Origin: a virus
Length of the DNA stretch: 64,000 nt
IMG/VR virus record: IMGVR_UViG_3300035633_000651
Span: 1 to 64,000 of that record
Reading direction: 5' to 3' (one strand)
Below are positions 50,742 through 62,605 of this stretch, in pieces (position 1 is the stretch's first letter; every line of letters begins with the position of its first letter). The translations under genes were made by a program, and so were the position numbers. Below the pieces are notes generated by a model that ran no database searches, was not told where the DNA came from, and was given only the letters and a program-made list of their open reading frames with translations.

Positions 50742-51767
50742 TCAGACCGCTTGTGGGCGCACCGGCACGGTGTCGTCGCGGTTGGGCGGCGCCTGTCCCA
50801 CATCCATGGTGGGCATGGTGCCGATGTCGGGAACGTCAGAGTCAGGTCCGATACTGGGCTTGGGCTGCTTGGGCTTGCTTCGGTGCGGCACCGGCTCGCG
50901 GGGGAAGCTGCCGTGGGCGTCGAAGAAGCGCTCGAACTCCAGCGGCAGGACGGAGATGATGACGCCAGACTCGTCGTCTTGCAGCCGGATGCGGACGTAG
51001 TCGCCGGGGTTGTCACCCTCGGAGGGGTCGGGGTAGAGCGGGTTGGAGATCCCCGGGTCGCCGATGGCGTCGGCTTCCGGCGACGGAGGGTGCTGACCTT
51101 CGAGGGTGAACGAGCGGTCCGCTGGGATGACCAGCTCTCCGCCGTAGAGGAAGGGCGAGAAGGACTGCTTGGTCTCGACCCAGGTACCGAGGTCGGTCTC
51201 GTGCTTCATCTGCGTGGGCACGTTGGCGTAGTCCTGTGCCTCCCCGCCGCCGTCGGGGGCGTACTGTCCAGGGCCGACGTCCGGGCCGCGCTGGGCGACG
51301 ACCACAACCTCGGCGTCGTCCCGGGGCAGCGGGGCTTGCCCACCCGGTCCCAGGTCAGCCGTGTCGGGCAGCTCCAGCTCGGGGAGCGGTGCCAGGATAA
51401 GCATCTCCTCGGGCTCGGGTTCCGGCTCCACGGTCACCGTGACGGACACGGACTGCCCGGTGCGGCCCCCGGCCCGCCGGGCAGTCCGGGGCTCGATGCC
51501 CGGAGCTGGCTCGGCGCGGAGGCGGACGATCACGTAGCCGTTGCCGTCCTCCGCGGTCTTGATGGCCCAGATGGCGTGCGCCTTCCGATAGAGCCCTGGC
51601 TGGTCGGGGACCGGGTCGAAGCCCTGCGCCATGGCCTGGCTCAGGCTGGCCACGCGCGGGAGTCGCGCCTCCTGCATCCGGCGGGCCAATCGGTCGCTGT
51701 TGACGCGTGACGGAAGACCTGCTCCGTGGAGTCGGTCGCGCTCGAACCAGTCAGTCATCGTCCCCAT
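50742..51767 (-). CDS. Hypothetical Pro/acidic-rich protein
   Basis: First gene of minus-strand block. Confidence 0.55.
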   Translation of the reverse strand: MGTMTDWFERDRLHGAGLPSRVNSDRLARRMQEARLPRVASLSQAMAQGFDPVPDQPGLYRKAHAIWAIKTAEDGNGYVIVRLRAEPAPGIEPRTARRAGGRTGQSVSVTVTVEPEPEPEEMLILAPLPELELPDTADLGPGGQAPLPRDDAEVVVVAQRGPDVGPGQYAPDGGGEAQDYANVPTQMKHETDLGTWVETKQSFSPFLYGGELVIPADRSFTLEGQHPPSPEADAIGDPGISNPLYPDPSEGDNPGDYVRIRLQDDESGVIISVLPLEFERFFDAHGSFPREPVPHRSKPKQPKPSIGPDSDVPDIGTMPTMDVGQAPPNRDDTVPVRPQAV

Positions 51768-51839
51768 AGTACGGTTTGGCGCCTCTCCGGGGCACTACAA
51801 AAGTTTGACGATGTCAACGTGAGGATGTCAACAAGCTTC

Positions 51840-51868
51840 TTGACAGACACCGGACAATGTCGTAAGCT
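51840..51868 (+). promoter_or_regulatory. Palindromic leaderless promoter
   Basis: TTGACA-GACA-CCGG-ACAA-TGTCG-TAAGCT-N6-ATG. Confidence 0.85.
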
Positions 51869-51874
51869 GCCTGC

Positions 51875-52642
51875 ATGTTGACGGACGACATCCGAGACAA
51901 ACTGCGCAAACTCAACGCCCTCGCGGAGGGCGCGGGCACGCCTGAGGAGGCCGCAGCCGCCCGAGGTCGGATGGCCCGACTCTGCTTCAAGTTCGGCGTC
52001 ACGATGGACGACGTCGAGCTGGAGGAGCCCCTCGTCGACGACGAGGAGATCGTCCACGAGGACGACCCCCTCTTCGTCCAGGCGAAGGTGATGAGCTGGA
52101 AATGGCGTCTGGCCGAGGGAATCGCGGTGGTCAATGGCGTCTTTCTCTATCAGCAGCAGGTCCCGTACAAGGTGTTCGACCCTAACCGAGGGTATTACCG
52201 GTACAAACGCAAGGGCGCCCTCATGATGGTCGGCAAGCCGACCGGCGTGCGCATGACGCGCTACCTCTTCCAGATGCTGCTCAACGACATCGAACGCCTG
52301 GCCAAGGTCTACTGCCGTGGGAAGTCGCGGAACTGGGGCGGCAACTGGCGCCACGGCTGCGTGGACACGGTCGCGAAGAAGGTCAAGGAAGCGTACGGGG
52401 AGGCCATCAAAGAGCTGCAGGCGGAGGGTGGCGGCAAGGCGCTGATCCGATTGCAGGACGCCATGGTCACTCTGAAGGACGCCGAGCGCTTCGCCCGGGC
52501 GCGCATGAACCTGACCAAGGGCACGTCGGGTGGCGTCTCGGCCGAGGCCGAGGCGCGAGCGGCAGGCCGCGCTGCGGGACACGGGATCAAGGTGTCAGGA
52601 GGGACGGCCATTTCTGCCGGTCGCCGGCAGTTGACGGGGTGA
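51875..52642 (+). CDS. DUF2786-like protein
   Basis: DKLRKLNALAE...PEEAAAA. Confidence 0.75.
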   Translation: MLTDDIRDKLRKLNALAEGAGTPEEAAAARGRMARLCFKFGVTMDDVELEEPLVDDEEIVHEDDPLFVQAKVMSWKWRLAEGIAVVNGVFLYQQQVPYKVFDPNRGYYRYKRKGALMMVGKPTGVRMTRYLFQMLLNDIERLAKVYCRGKSRNWGGNWRHGCVDTVAKKVKEAYGEAIKELQAEGGGKALIRLQDAMVTLKDAERFARARMNLTKGTSGGVSAEAEARAAGRAAGHGIKVSGGTAISAGRRQLTG

Positions 52643-52998
52643 CACAGCCCGACTATGGTCAGGTGATGCCTGATGATCACGCACGTGTAGAGGTACGATG
52701 CACCCCTGCAGAGAAGGAAACGATGAAGTCGCGCGCAGCTAAGGCCGGGTTTCCCGGACGCGGCTTCGCGACCTGGGCCCGAGCCGTGTTGCTCGGGCAA
52801 AAGCCCAAGACGGACCGACCACCGCCGAACACGAAGCTGCTCTCAGCAGCGGAAGCCGCAGACTACTGTGGCGTGTCCCGGCAGCAGATTTACGTCTGGG
52901 TCCAACAAGGAGAAGTGACGGGCTACGAACTGCCCGAGGGTCTTCGATTGGCGAAGACCGAACTGAAACACCGGCGAGCGGCAGCGCGCGCCAAGTAG
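52639..52998 (+). CDS. RHH plus excisionase-type HTH DNA-binding protein
   Basis: VEVRCTPAEK..A; LLSAAEAADYCGVSRQQIY.W. Confidence 0.7.
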   Translation: MTQPDYGQVMPDDHARVEVRCTPAEKETMKSRAAKAGFPGRGFATWARAVLLGQKPKTDRPPPNTKLLSAAEAADYCGVSRQQIYVWVQQGEVTGYELPEGLRLAKTELKHRRAAARAK

Positions 52999-55119
52999 GA
53001 GAAGATGGCTATGACTGGGGAAGAAGGCACCAACACGACGAGAGTCTTCGCGCTCTTCGACACCGACGACGAAGTCGCTCCGCGAGAGCTACTGGACCGG
53101 AAGGATGTCGAAGACGCGAAGGCGCTCATCATGCGCTACATCGACAACGACGGTGTGACCAACATCGACACGGTCTACAGCGACCCAAGCAGTCCTGGAG
53201 ACCTGGACCTCTATCAGGCTGTCCAGGAGCTGCTCGACGAGGGGCTGATCGAAGGACCGGCGCTGGCGTCGTGCAGGACGCACGAGGAGATGGAGTACCG
53301 TGGCACGGACAAGACGACAGCCGGCGTGGGCTGAGGGGCTCCGCAGCTTGATGGGTCCGCTCGACGACGCGGCCATCGAACGCATCCAGGCATTCCTCGA
53401 TGACCCGTCAGAGGAGACGTGGAACGGCTGCTACAGCCTCTGCGTCGGCGGCATGACCACCGTCTGGAAGGCGGTGTGCCGGGTCGACCCGGGCTTCCCG
53501 CGCTCGAAGAGCATCGGACCTGAGCCGTCGGGCTACGGCTGGCCACGCGTACCGGACCCGTTCACGGTCCGGCGAGCGCTGAAGGCGTGTCAGACCCAGG
53601 CCGCGTAGCTCGGCGTGGACGACTCTGGCGCGAGGCAGACGGCACCCGGACGCCGGTCAAGGAGCTGCACGACCGGCACCTGAAGCACATCGTGTGGATG
53701 TTCAAGAGTCGTGCCAACGATGAGCTGCAACAGTCCCTTGACGGACTCCGTACGCTGTGGGGACAACCGGGCATCGAGGCGCGCTACAGGCAACTGGAGC
53801 GCACGCCGTGGACGGCGGTGGCGAACCTGCTCGGAAAGGCCGAGCACCCGTACGCCTCGTTCGAGGACATCTACACCGAGGCCGTAGAGCGAGGCCTCGT
53901 CGAGGAGAGACCACGGAAGAGTTCAGATTGACTGAGGACCACATCAAGCTGCTTCGGCACATGTATGTTGGGTGGGACGAGTGCGAGTTCGGTGCACCTT
54001 GCATCGACCCCAAACGCCCCTACGGCAACGGCGACGGTGTACAAGATATCGCCGAGATCCTGGGCATCGAGACGCCGAAGAGCTTCGAGCAGATGGACGA
54101 GGACGGCACCCTCGACACCTGGTACGAAGAGATGCACCCCAAGCTGTACACGCTGCACCGCCAGACGCTGCAGGCGCTGCAGATCGTGCTGTGTACGGGG
54201 TCGTTCGAGCCGGGGCTCTACCGGAGAGCGCGTCGCTACGACGCCCGCTCGTGGGAGCGCGTCGATGCGTAGCCTGCGCAGGAGCATCGACGGGATGCTG
54301 TCCGACTTGCGTCGGAAGTGGCTCCATGTGCATCATGGGGACGGAGCGCTCGATAACCTGAAGTCGCACCTGGCTTCATGGATCCAGCGCCTGGAGGAAC
54401 TCAATGCGGGAAAAGCTGATTCACCTGACCCTGACGCTGGCCTTGACGCCCGTGGTCCTGACGATGGTGACGGGACTGGCGGTGATCCTCTGGGTCGCGG
54501 AGACCCGCGAGCACGCGTCTTCCTAGTCCGCGAGAACACCAGTCGCGACATGCCGACGCACCCCTTTCTCATCCCGGCCGTGACGACCGAGGGCGCGTTC
54601 TGGAACTACGCCGAGCGTGTGGCGCGCAGCTGGACGGAGCTGGAGGAGACCACGGACCAGCTCGACGTCATGGCCTGGGACGGCGAGCGCTGGCACTTCG
54701 CCGAGGTCTACTTCGACGTAGACACGTGGGACCGTCAGCTCGACGTCTTGGTGGACGGCGTGAAGTACGACCCGTCCGAAGACGTGGACGACGCGAGGCC
54801 AGGTGTCAGCCTACAGCTCGCGTTCATCAACCGCGAGACCTCCGAAGAGCGGCACTGCGCCAAGTGCCGCTTCAACGCATGGAGCGGGAATTTCGCGAAC
54901 GACCATCACTACTGCCACCTCTACCGAGGCTTCATCCGCATGACGGACGACGGTAAGCACCTCCGCCTTCCCGCATGCAAAGAGAGCGAGCACACATCAT
55001 GAAAATCGGAGGCCGCGTCCGCTGGACGTCCCGAGCCGGACGCCATCTACTGGCCGCGTGTGTCTGCCCTGGAGGTCGTCTCGCATCTGACTTTTTTCGA
55101 AAATAGTTGACGTCTGCTC

Positions 55120-55148
55120 TTGACAGACGCCGGGCCCTGTTATATAGT
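55120..55148 (+). promoter_or_regulatory. Palindromic leaderless promoter
   Basis: TTGACA-GACG-CCGG-GCCC-TGTTA-TATAGT-N6-ATG. Confidence 0.85.
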
Positions 55149-55154
55149 AACAGC

Positions 55155-55682
55155 ATGACGACGACGCAGCAGGCTCCCCGGACTCAGACCAACCGCCTCA
55201 CCGCCCGCGCGGTGCACGACAACTTCGACCCCCGGATCGAGGCCATCGAGGCGGCCCTGTCCCGAGGCGCCCAGCCTAACTCCCTCTTCGCCAACGTGAT
55301 GACCGTCTCCCTCGGCGTGTTCATCCCCGCCATCTCGCTGACCATGTCATCGCAGGCGGCCAACATGTTTCAGGCCGGTAACGTGGTCCTCGGCGGCGCC
55401 TTCGCGGCCCTGGTTTTCGTGGTCTTGGCGGTGTCCCTGACGCACCTCGCCGAGGCCGTCGAGGACTTGACAGGCTCCACTCGGTTCATCAGCTGGGCGA
55501 CCGCCATCGCCTTCGACGCCTGCCTCGTGGCCTTCGAGGTCGCGCACAAGACGGTGGCCAAGGACGACTGGACCGTGACCCTGATGATCGCCGTCGTGGC
55601 TATCATCTCGGCTGCGCTCAACGTCCACGCTTTCCGCCTCGGGCAGGCGCACCGCGTCGCTGGCGTGGGCCAGGCCGACTGA
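55155..55682 (+). CDS. 4-TM membrane protein, leaderless
   Basis: Four hydrophobic segments. Confidence 0.7.
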   Translation: MTTTQQAPRTQTNRLTARAVHDNFDPRIEAIEAALSRGAQPNSLFANVMTVSLGVFIPAISLTMSSQAANMFQAGNVVLGGAFAALVFVVLAVSLTHLAEAVEDLTGSTRFISWATAIAFDACLVAFEVAHKTVAKDDWTVTLMIAVVAIISAALNVHAFRLGQAHRVAGVGQAD

Positions 55683-56075
55683 GCCCTGACCCCTGAGGGG
55701 CCCCTTGCCCAAGGAGGTGACCATGACTCAGGCGATTGACATGTGCCGGGACGACACTCAGGGTGAGGCGGCGATGTACGAAGCAAGGCTTCACATGTCG
55801 AACGCGGACGGCACCGTGGCCTTCACGAAGGCGGTGGAGCTGGACGAACCGCCGCGCCCGGGTGCTCGTCTGCGGGGACACTTCGCGAACGCGACGCTGG
55901 AGGTGACGCGCGTCGTGCTCGATGGCTCTGGCTTCTACGAGGTCTTCGTCGCCGTGTGCGTCCTCGACTTCATCCCTGCGGCCGAGCTGGAGCCCTACTA
56001 CACGCGCTCGGGCTGGACCTCCGTCGACCCCTTCGACGAGGACACCGACGTCAACTTTACATTGGAGAGACTCGA

Positions 56076-56531
56076 ATGACACACCCTCAGATTCACATCC
56101 TGCGCGGCCTTCCAGGCTCGGGCAAGTCCACCTGGGTCACGAACGGCGTGAGGTCCGGCGAGCTGTCCGGCATCGCGGTTGTGTGCTCCGCTGACGACTT
56201 CCGCTTCGACGACGAAGGCCGCTACGTCTTCAACCCCAAGGCGAACGCTGAGGTTCACGCGCGCTGCTTTGAGCGCTTCATCGACGCCCTGCGAGAGCGC
56301 CGCGCGAACCACATCGTCGTGGACAACACCAACGTCCGTCGCTTCGAGTACGCCAACTACGTGCGCGTTGCGCTCCTCGCAGGAGTGCCGCCCGCGAATA
56401 TTCACGAGATTTCAATGCACACGGACCCGCGCCAACTGCCGGTCCGGACTTTGATGAAGTGGGCCGAGCGCAACGTCCACAACGTTCCGCTTGACGCGAT
56501 CGAGCAGATGGCGATGCGGTGGGAGGTATGA
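56076..56531 (+). CDS. P-loop kinase (polynucleotide kinase-like)
   Basis: GLPGSGKST, SADD, VVDNTN, RNVHNVP. Confidence 0.85.
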   Translation: MTHPQIHILRGLPGSGKSTWVTNGVRSGELSGIAVVCSADDFRFDDEGRYVFNPKANAEVHARCFERFIDALRERRANHIVVDNTNVRRFEYANYVRVALLAGVPPANIHEISMHTDPRQLPVRTLMKWAERNVHNVPLDAIEQMAMRWEV

Positions 56532-57574
56532 CGGTGTACATCGAATCGACTGCGCCCATCTGCATCGAGGCAGAGCTGAGCGAAGACAGCGAGTCTTGGG
56601 ACGTGCGTGTCGGAGACGACCTACACGACGGCATCTGCCCTCCGGCGAGCCTGACCGAGGACGAAGTCAAGGCCGGCTTCGAGAAGGCGCTGGCGAAGGC
56701 GCGCGAGCGCAACGACCCCTACTGGGACAGCTACCTGCCAGGAGGATGGACATGACGAAGAAAGCACAAGTTCTCAAACCCGACCCAAACTTCAAGTGGC
56801 CCGAGAAGGCCTCGGCGCGCCTGCGCATGGCGGTCGATGACGCCATCGCTGCCAAGCGTGCTGGTCATGGCCTCGACATGCGCAGCTGGTTCGACATCGA
56901 CCCCAGAGGCATCCGCTGCACAGTGTGCTTGGCAGGAGCCGTCATGCTTCACGTGTTCGGCACGCCGCCACCGCCCGACCCACGCGCCAACGTGTACACG
57001 GAGCGTCGTGACAGTCTTGACCCGGCCGACCTGGACGACCGTGACCACGAGTACTTGATACAGATCGATGAGATCAGGCGCGGGCACTTCTACATGTACG
57101 AGGGCTGGCCGGGGCAACAGCTGACGGAGCTGTACGACGCGCTGGGTCTCGACGAGCACGCCACCACGATTCCGGCGCTGAAGAAGTTCTACAAGCTGGC
57201 GGACTACATGGAGGAGCTGGGACTGTGAACAACTGGTACCGAACCTGGGTTCACATCTACAGCAACGACGGGCTGGTGGCCAAGCCAGGCGACTACGTTT
57301 GGATCAAGGACCGCGAACTCGCTACCCTGGAGGACGTGCTCCAGCACGCCCTCAAAGCTGACGCGCAGGGACGCCCGCGGACTGTGACGTTCTCCCTGAA
57401 CACAGGTAGCCTGGTGGACCAGAGTCGATTGTCCCACGTCTCTGCCCTGGAGATGGTGGACAGGGCGCGCAACTATCATCCGGGGGCCGAAGCTCGCACC
57501 CTGGCCCACGCGCTGGGCATGGAGAACGAGCAGTTTTGGAGATGCCTGCGGTTGATGGTTGATGCGATTGATGC

Positions 57575-57603
57575 TTGACAAGAGCCGGGGAGTGTCATAA
57601 GGT
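57575..57603 (+). promoter_or_regulatory. Palindromic leaderless promoter
   Basis: TTGACA-AGAG-CCGG-GGAG-TGTCA-TAAGGT-N6-ATG. Confidence 0.85.
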
Positions 57604-57609
57604 CTGGGC

Positions 57610-58905
57610 ATGGCGACGATCGAACTCACCATCAACACCAACTACGTTCCGTCCTGGGGCACCTGGGAAGCCGTCCGCGAGATCCTGCAGAACGCGAAGG
57701 ACGCCGACGACCTGGGTCACAAGATGGAAGTCAAGTACCATCCCAAGACCGAGCGCCTCGTCATCAAGAGCGAGGGCGCAGACCTGACGCGCGAGACACT
57801 TCTCCTCGGCGCCACCAGCAAGGCCGGCCGGTCGGACCAGCGCGGGCAGTTCGGCGAGGGCTACAAGCTCGCTCTTCTCGTCCTGGCGCGTCAGGGCGCC
57901 GAAGTCACCATTCACACGCCGCGGGAGACCTGGGTCCCTACGCTCACGGACTCGACCACCTTCGACGGTGCCGAAGTCCTCACCATCCGCACGCGGCCTC
58001 GGAAGTCCCGAACCCAATCGGTGGAGTTCGTCGTCAAAGGGATCACCGAGGCCGCGTGGCGGTCTGTCCAGGCCAACTGCCTGTTCCTGCAGACCGCCAT
58101 GCCGCACATCAAGACGCACGCGGGCTCGGTCCTCACGGACCCCGAGCTGGCCAATAAGCTCTTCGTGGGCGGCCTGTTCGTTTCGGACCTGCCAGACCGC
58201 TACCGCTACGGCTACGACCTCCAGAACGTGCACCTGGACCGTGACCGCAAGATGGCCGAGCCCTGGTCCCTGCGCTGGGAGATCAGCAAGGTGCTCAATG
58301 AGGCGGTCGCCGATGACCAGCTCGACCTCGACAAGGTCCTACGCATGGACTCGGGCGAGATGAAGGCCATGGCGGAGAACACCGAGTACATCAAGCAGGT
58401 GGCCGCCAAGGTCGTGCAGGAGTTCGAGGCCGAGAACGGCGAGGACGCCGTGGCCGTCGACGACATGGCTCAGGCGCAGCGCGCGGGACAGCACGGTATG
58501 AAGGCCGTCGTCGTCAGCCGAGAGAAGCGCCTCGTCATCGAGGCCTGCAAGGGCAAGCTCGACGACCGGATCCAGGACCGCGACACCGACACCAAGGTGC
58601 TCGTTCAGCCGGACGACCTCGGCGCCGACGAGTGTGCCAACCTCGTCTGGGCCACCGAGCTGGTGGAAGTGTTCGCAGGACTCACGGAGGCGGTGCAGGT
58701 CGTCGAGTTCTACGGGGAGCGCATCGACGGCTGCACGGACGGCAAGACCATTCGCCTGGCCCGCCGCATCCTCACGAACCGGGCTCAGCTCATCGCGACC
58801 TTCGTCCATGAGGTGGCCCACCGTCACGGTCCGGACGGTTCTGCGGAGCATCGGGCGGCCATCGAAGACATCTTCGCGAAGATCGTGGTAGGACAGGCGG
58901 CATGA
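57610..58905 (+). CDS. GHKL-type ATPase with C-terminal HExxH
   Basis: REILQNAKDA, GQFGEGYK, HEVAH. Confidence 0.75.
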   Translation: MATIELTINTNYVPSWGTWEAVREILQNAKDADDLGHKMEVKYHPKTERLVIKSEGADLTRETLLLGATSKAGRSDQRGQFGEGYKLALLVLARQGAEVTIHTPRETWVPTLTDSTTFDGAEVLTIRTRPRKSRTQSVEFVVKGITEAAWRSVQANCLFLQTAMPHIKTHAGSVLTDPELANKLFVGGLFVSDLPDRYRYGYDLQNVHLDRDRKMAEPWSLRWEISKVLNEAVADDQLDLDKVLRMDSGEMKAMAENTEYIKQVAAKVVQEFEAENGEDAVAVDDMAQAQRAGQHGMKAVVVSREKRLVIEACKGKLDDRIQDRDTDTKVLVQPDDLGADECANLVWATELVEVFAGLTEAVQVVEFYGERIDGCTDGKTIRLARRILTNRAQLIATFVHEVAHRHGPDGSAEHRAAIEDIFAKIVVGQAA

Positions 58906-59181
58906 AAGCTGTCGTCGTCATCGAGGTTCAAAACCCGGACACGCCGTTCGTGCCTGCCCTGAGCTACTACCGGGAAATGGACCTCGGGCTGCCCTTCCCC
59001 GGCGTCGGCTGGGAGCTGTACCTGCATGGGTTCTCGGCTCCGGCCGTCATCCGCAAGGCCATCCGGCTGGAGTCTGGCCGGACCTACCTGGTCTGCACGC
59101 TGCCAAGCACACGACCGAAGCCCCCCAAGGGCGACTGGAAGCCCGTCGACTTCGAGGCGCCGTGGCTCGTCTGATTTCTCC

Positions 59182-59210
59182 TTGACAGACGCCGGGCTCT
59201 GTCGTATGGT
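59182..59210 (+). promoter_or_regulatory. Palindromic leaderless promoter
   Basis: TTGACA-GACG-CCGG-GCTC-TGTCG-TATGGT-N6-ATG. Confidence 0.85.
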
Positions 59211-59216
59211 CTGAGC

Positions 59217-59567
59217 ATGACGACGACGGACATCGCCCCCACCAACACCGACGCCACCCGTATGGGCGGCAAGAAGGTCTTCTACAACAGCTGGGGCTAC
59301 GGCCAGACAAACATCGACTTCTACGTGGTCGAGCGGGAGAGCGCCTCGAACGTGTGGCTGCGCCGGATCACCTCGCGACACACTGAGAACGTCGGCTACA
59401 TGCAAGACCGCGTGGTGGCCGGCGACAGCTACAGCGACCTGGACACCAAGGTGTACCGCCGCAAGAAGTTCACCTGCGACGACCGTCAGTACTGCAACAG
59501 CCCCAGCGGCTTCGGCGCCTGCTGCCTTTGGGGTGGCGAGCCTCTCACGGAAACGAGCTACGCATGA
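59217..59567 (+). CDS. Hypothetical leaderless protein
   Basis: SWGYGQTNIDFYVV. Confidence 0.7.
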   Translation: MTTTDIAPTNTDATRMGGKKVFYNSWGYGQTNIDFYVVERESASNVWLRRITSRHTENVGYMQDRVVAGDSYSDLDTKVYRRKKFTCDDRQYCNSPSGFGACCLWGGEPLTETSYA

Positions 59568-60066
59568 AGTTCGTCATCGAGTACCGATGTGCTCTGAGCC
59601 GTGACGCGTCGCCCGTCTTCCAGACGACGGTCACGGCGCCGAGCAAGGCAGCCGCACAGGAGCGCTTCTACGACACGGACGACCAGGACTGGGAGGTCCT
59701 CAGCATCAGGCGAGAAGCGAGCGCGTTGAGAGACTACATCCCGCTGCCCTTCTGGGACGACGGCCCTGGGATGATGCGCCTGTGGGGTGAGATGCGTCAG
59801 GGGCCGGTGAAGCTGGCGCGCAGGCTCTTCCCTGAGCGGCATTCGGGCTACGTGCGGGACACCGAGAACTTGGTGAACCTGGGTGTGAACCGAAGCTGCG
59901 AGCTGTCCTGTGCCGCCCGCGGCGAGAAGCGAGGCGCGGAGGTCTACCGCGAAGCGCAGATCATATGCGCAGCGCGCATAAGTAATGAGTGCCGCGCATT
60001 TCTGCAGGCCAAAGGCTGGGACTTTCCCACTTGACAAACTCCGGAGACTGTACCAAGGTGACCACC

Positions 60067-60555
60067 ATGACGACGACAGCCGATAAGATCCGCAAAGTCA
60101 TCGCCGAGGCCCGCGAGGACCTCGACTTCCCAGAAGAGGTCCGCGAGGCGGTCCGCTCCCTCGAAGGGCGCAAGATCGACAAGCGCTTCTACAACGCGGT
60201 CGTCCGCGCGCTGGGTGACCGTCTGGAGAGTCACATGTACAGCAACCTCGGCGGCGCGAAGCGCATGGAGTTGACCCCCGTGGACGGGACGTGCCACCGC
60301 TTCCTCATGGGCTGGGACAACGACCGTGACTTCAACCTCACCGAGTTCATCGACCAGAACAGTCCCTACTTCTCGGGCGCCCGCCAGCGTGAGGACCAGC
60401 GCGACGCCCGCACGGACGAGGACATCGAGGTGCTCGCCGCGAAGATCGATGCCTTCAAGGAGGCCAGGGCTGCCCTGAAGGCGGACCTGGAGAAGCACGG
60501 CCGCTGGGCCGACTACATCGACATTGAGGCTCAGGTCATCGGAGAGACGCTATGA
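60067..60555 (+). CDS. Hypothetical leaderless protein
   Basis: Follows promoter at 60031-60059. Confidence 0.7.
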   Translation: MTTTADKIRKVIAEAREDLDFPEEVREAVRSLEGRKIDKRFYNAVVRALGDRLESHMYSNLGGAKRMELTPVDGTCHRFLMGWDNDRDFNLTEFIDQNSPYFSGARQREDQRDARTDEDIEVLAAKIDAFKEARAALKADLEKHGRWADYIDIEAQVIGETL

Positions 60556-61177
60556 ACGCACGTCAGGAAGCACTGGCCGAACTGAAGGCCAAGCAGGACA
60601 AAGAGCGCGCCAAGTTGGAGCGCGAGTACAACATTCGGGAGCAGCTGCCCGAGGGCGCAGAGCCGCGCTTCGTGACGACGGTCAGCGGCCGGGTCTTCGT
60701 GACCTACGAGGTCGACACCTTCGAGGAGGCCTGGCAGGTCCTAGACCTCTACGAGCTGCTCGACTGCGAGGCACGCGAGTCTGGATGCCTGAGCATCGCA
60801 CCGCCCGAGGCGCAGGACCCGAGCTACCAGAACGGTCGCCTTCGCTGGAAGCTGCCTGAGATGGTCGAGCTGTGCTCCCACGGCGGCTCGGGCTACAGCC
60901 CGACCTTCGAGGTGGGCGGCTACGGCAAGCACGGCGACCTGGTGGTCAACCTCACGGTCAAGGTCGCGAAGGCGGCCTACGGGCTGCACGCGTACCAGCC
61001 GATGCGTCACACGCTGTGGGGTCCAGAGAACGACGGTCCGGTCCGTCACAGCCCGCTGAAAAGCACAACGACCTACCACGTCAAGTGGGGCGGAGGGACG
61101 CCAGGGTCGCACCGCTGCAGCTACTACGTCTCGGGGACGCAGCAGGCGCAGGAAGCCGTCGAGGCGGCCCTGAAGCT

Positions 61178-62107
61178 ATGAACAAGTGGCCAGGCATCGA
61201 GTCGTTGAAGCACGTCACCAAGTACGTGCGTAAGTGCACGCCCTACGCGCGGGTGCACTACTACGCGAAGGTGAAACTGCACGGCACCAACGCGGGTGTT
61301 GCCCGCCTGCAAGATGGCACGTTGCAGGCTCAGTCGCGGTCCCGCGTCATCACGCCCGAAGACGACAACCAGGGCTTCGCGGCCTGGCTTCGCGACAACA
61401 CCGGCCGCTTCTTGAAGTGCCCGAGCGGCGTTACTGTGTTCGGTGAGTGGTACGGTCAAGGGATCATGAAAGGCACTGCAGCGTCACAGGTCGAAGGTAG
61501 GCACTTCGCCCCCTTCGCGGTCATGGGCGCAGGTCGCATCGACCCAAGTCCGGCTTTGTGCCGTGCGTGGTCGGGCTGCGACAGCCTACCCTGGGCCGCT
61601 TCGCTAGCCGTCGACTTCAATGACGTCGAGGCGTCTCGTGGGACATTGGAGAGGCTGCTTCAAAAGGTCGAAGCAGAAGACCCGTTTATCCTGGCACTGC
61701 ACGGCGTCAAGGGCCTGGGCGAGGGGCTCGTGTTCTACCCGCAGCTTGCAGACTCGGGCGACGTGCCTGCGCCAGAACATTACGCGAACATGATCTTCAA
61801 GCTGAAGGGCGACAAGCACAAGGTGAAGGCGACCAAACAGAAGGTCGAGCTGGCACCCGAGGCGATTGCGAGTCGGAAGGCGTTCGCCGAGGCCTTCGTC
61901 ACCGACGCACGCCTCGACCAGTGCCTCGGTGAGCTGGGCGTGAGTCGTGACACGTTCGAGATGCACCAGACGGGTGATGTCATGCGCTGGATGTCGACGG
62001 ACATCCAGAAAGAGTCGGTGCAGGAGCTGGAAGAGTCCGGCATGACCTGGAAGGATGTGGTGTCCGAAACGCAACGCGCTGTGCGTGAGAAGTTGAGAGG
62101 ACTCTGA
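61178..62107 (+). CDS. RNA ligase 2-like protein
   Basis: KLHGTN, QSR, FGEWYG, GEGLV, FKLK. Confidence 0.85.
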   Translation: MNKWPGIESLKHVTKYVRKCTPYARVHYYAKVKLHGTNAGVARLQDGTLQAQSRSRVITPEDDNQGFAAWLRDNTGRFLKCPSGVTVFGEWYGQGIMKGTAASQVEGRHFAPFAVMGAGRIDPSPALCRAWSGCDSLPWAASLAVDFNDVEASRGTLERLLQKVEAEDPFILALHGVKGLGEGLVFYPQLADSGDVPAPEHYANMIFKLKGDKHKVKATKQKVELAPEAIASRKAFAEAFVTDARLDQCLGELGVSRDTFEMHQTGDVMRWMSTDIQKESVQELEESGMTWKDVVSETQRAVREKLRGL

Positions 62108-62605
62108 TGACCGCCGAGGACATCACTGGGTCGCGCCTGCAGACGCCCGAGCAGCGTTACAAGCAGGCGCTGGCCGAGGCTCAGATCGAGGGCGAGATGC
62201 GCGCGATGCGCATCATGTCCGACGTCCTCACTGAGGCGGGGGTGCCCTACACGGATATCTCGGCGATCATCCTGGAGACCGTTCGCCGCATCGGCGACGA
62301 GAAGGCAGCAGCTGCGAAGTGAAGCGCCGGTGGCTAGACGGAGACAAGTGGGCTCAGGTCCGAGCGATGGTCGAAGGCCTGCTCCGTGAGTACGAGGTGC
62401 CTCCGGAAGAGACGGGTGGATACGTTGTGTGGCTCAACCCTGAAGAGTGGCCGCCCAACGAGCTGAGCGCCCAACTTGGGATCTCCGTCTTCGGGAAGTA
62501 CCGCATCACGCTGCGTCACACACGACGTTGGAACGAGGCGGTAGGTGCGGCGCGCCACCAGATCCTCCGAGGACGGGAGAGCCTGCAGACACTGGGGGCG
62601 ATGGA

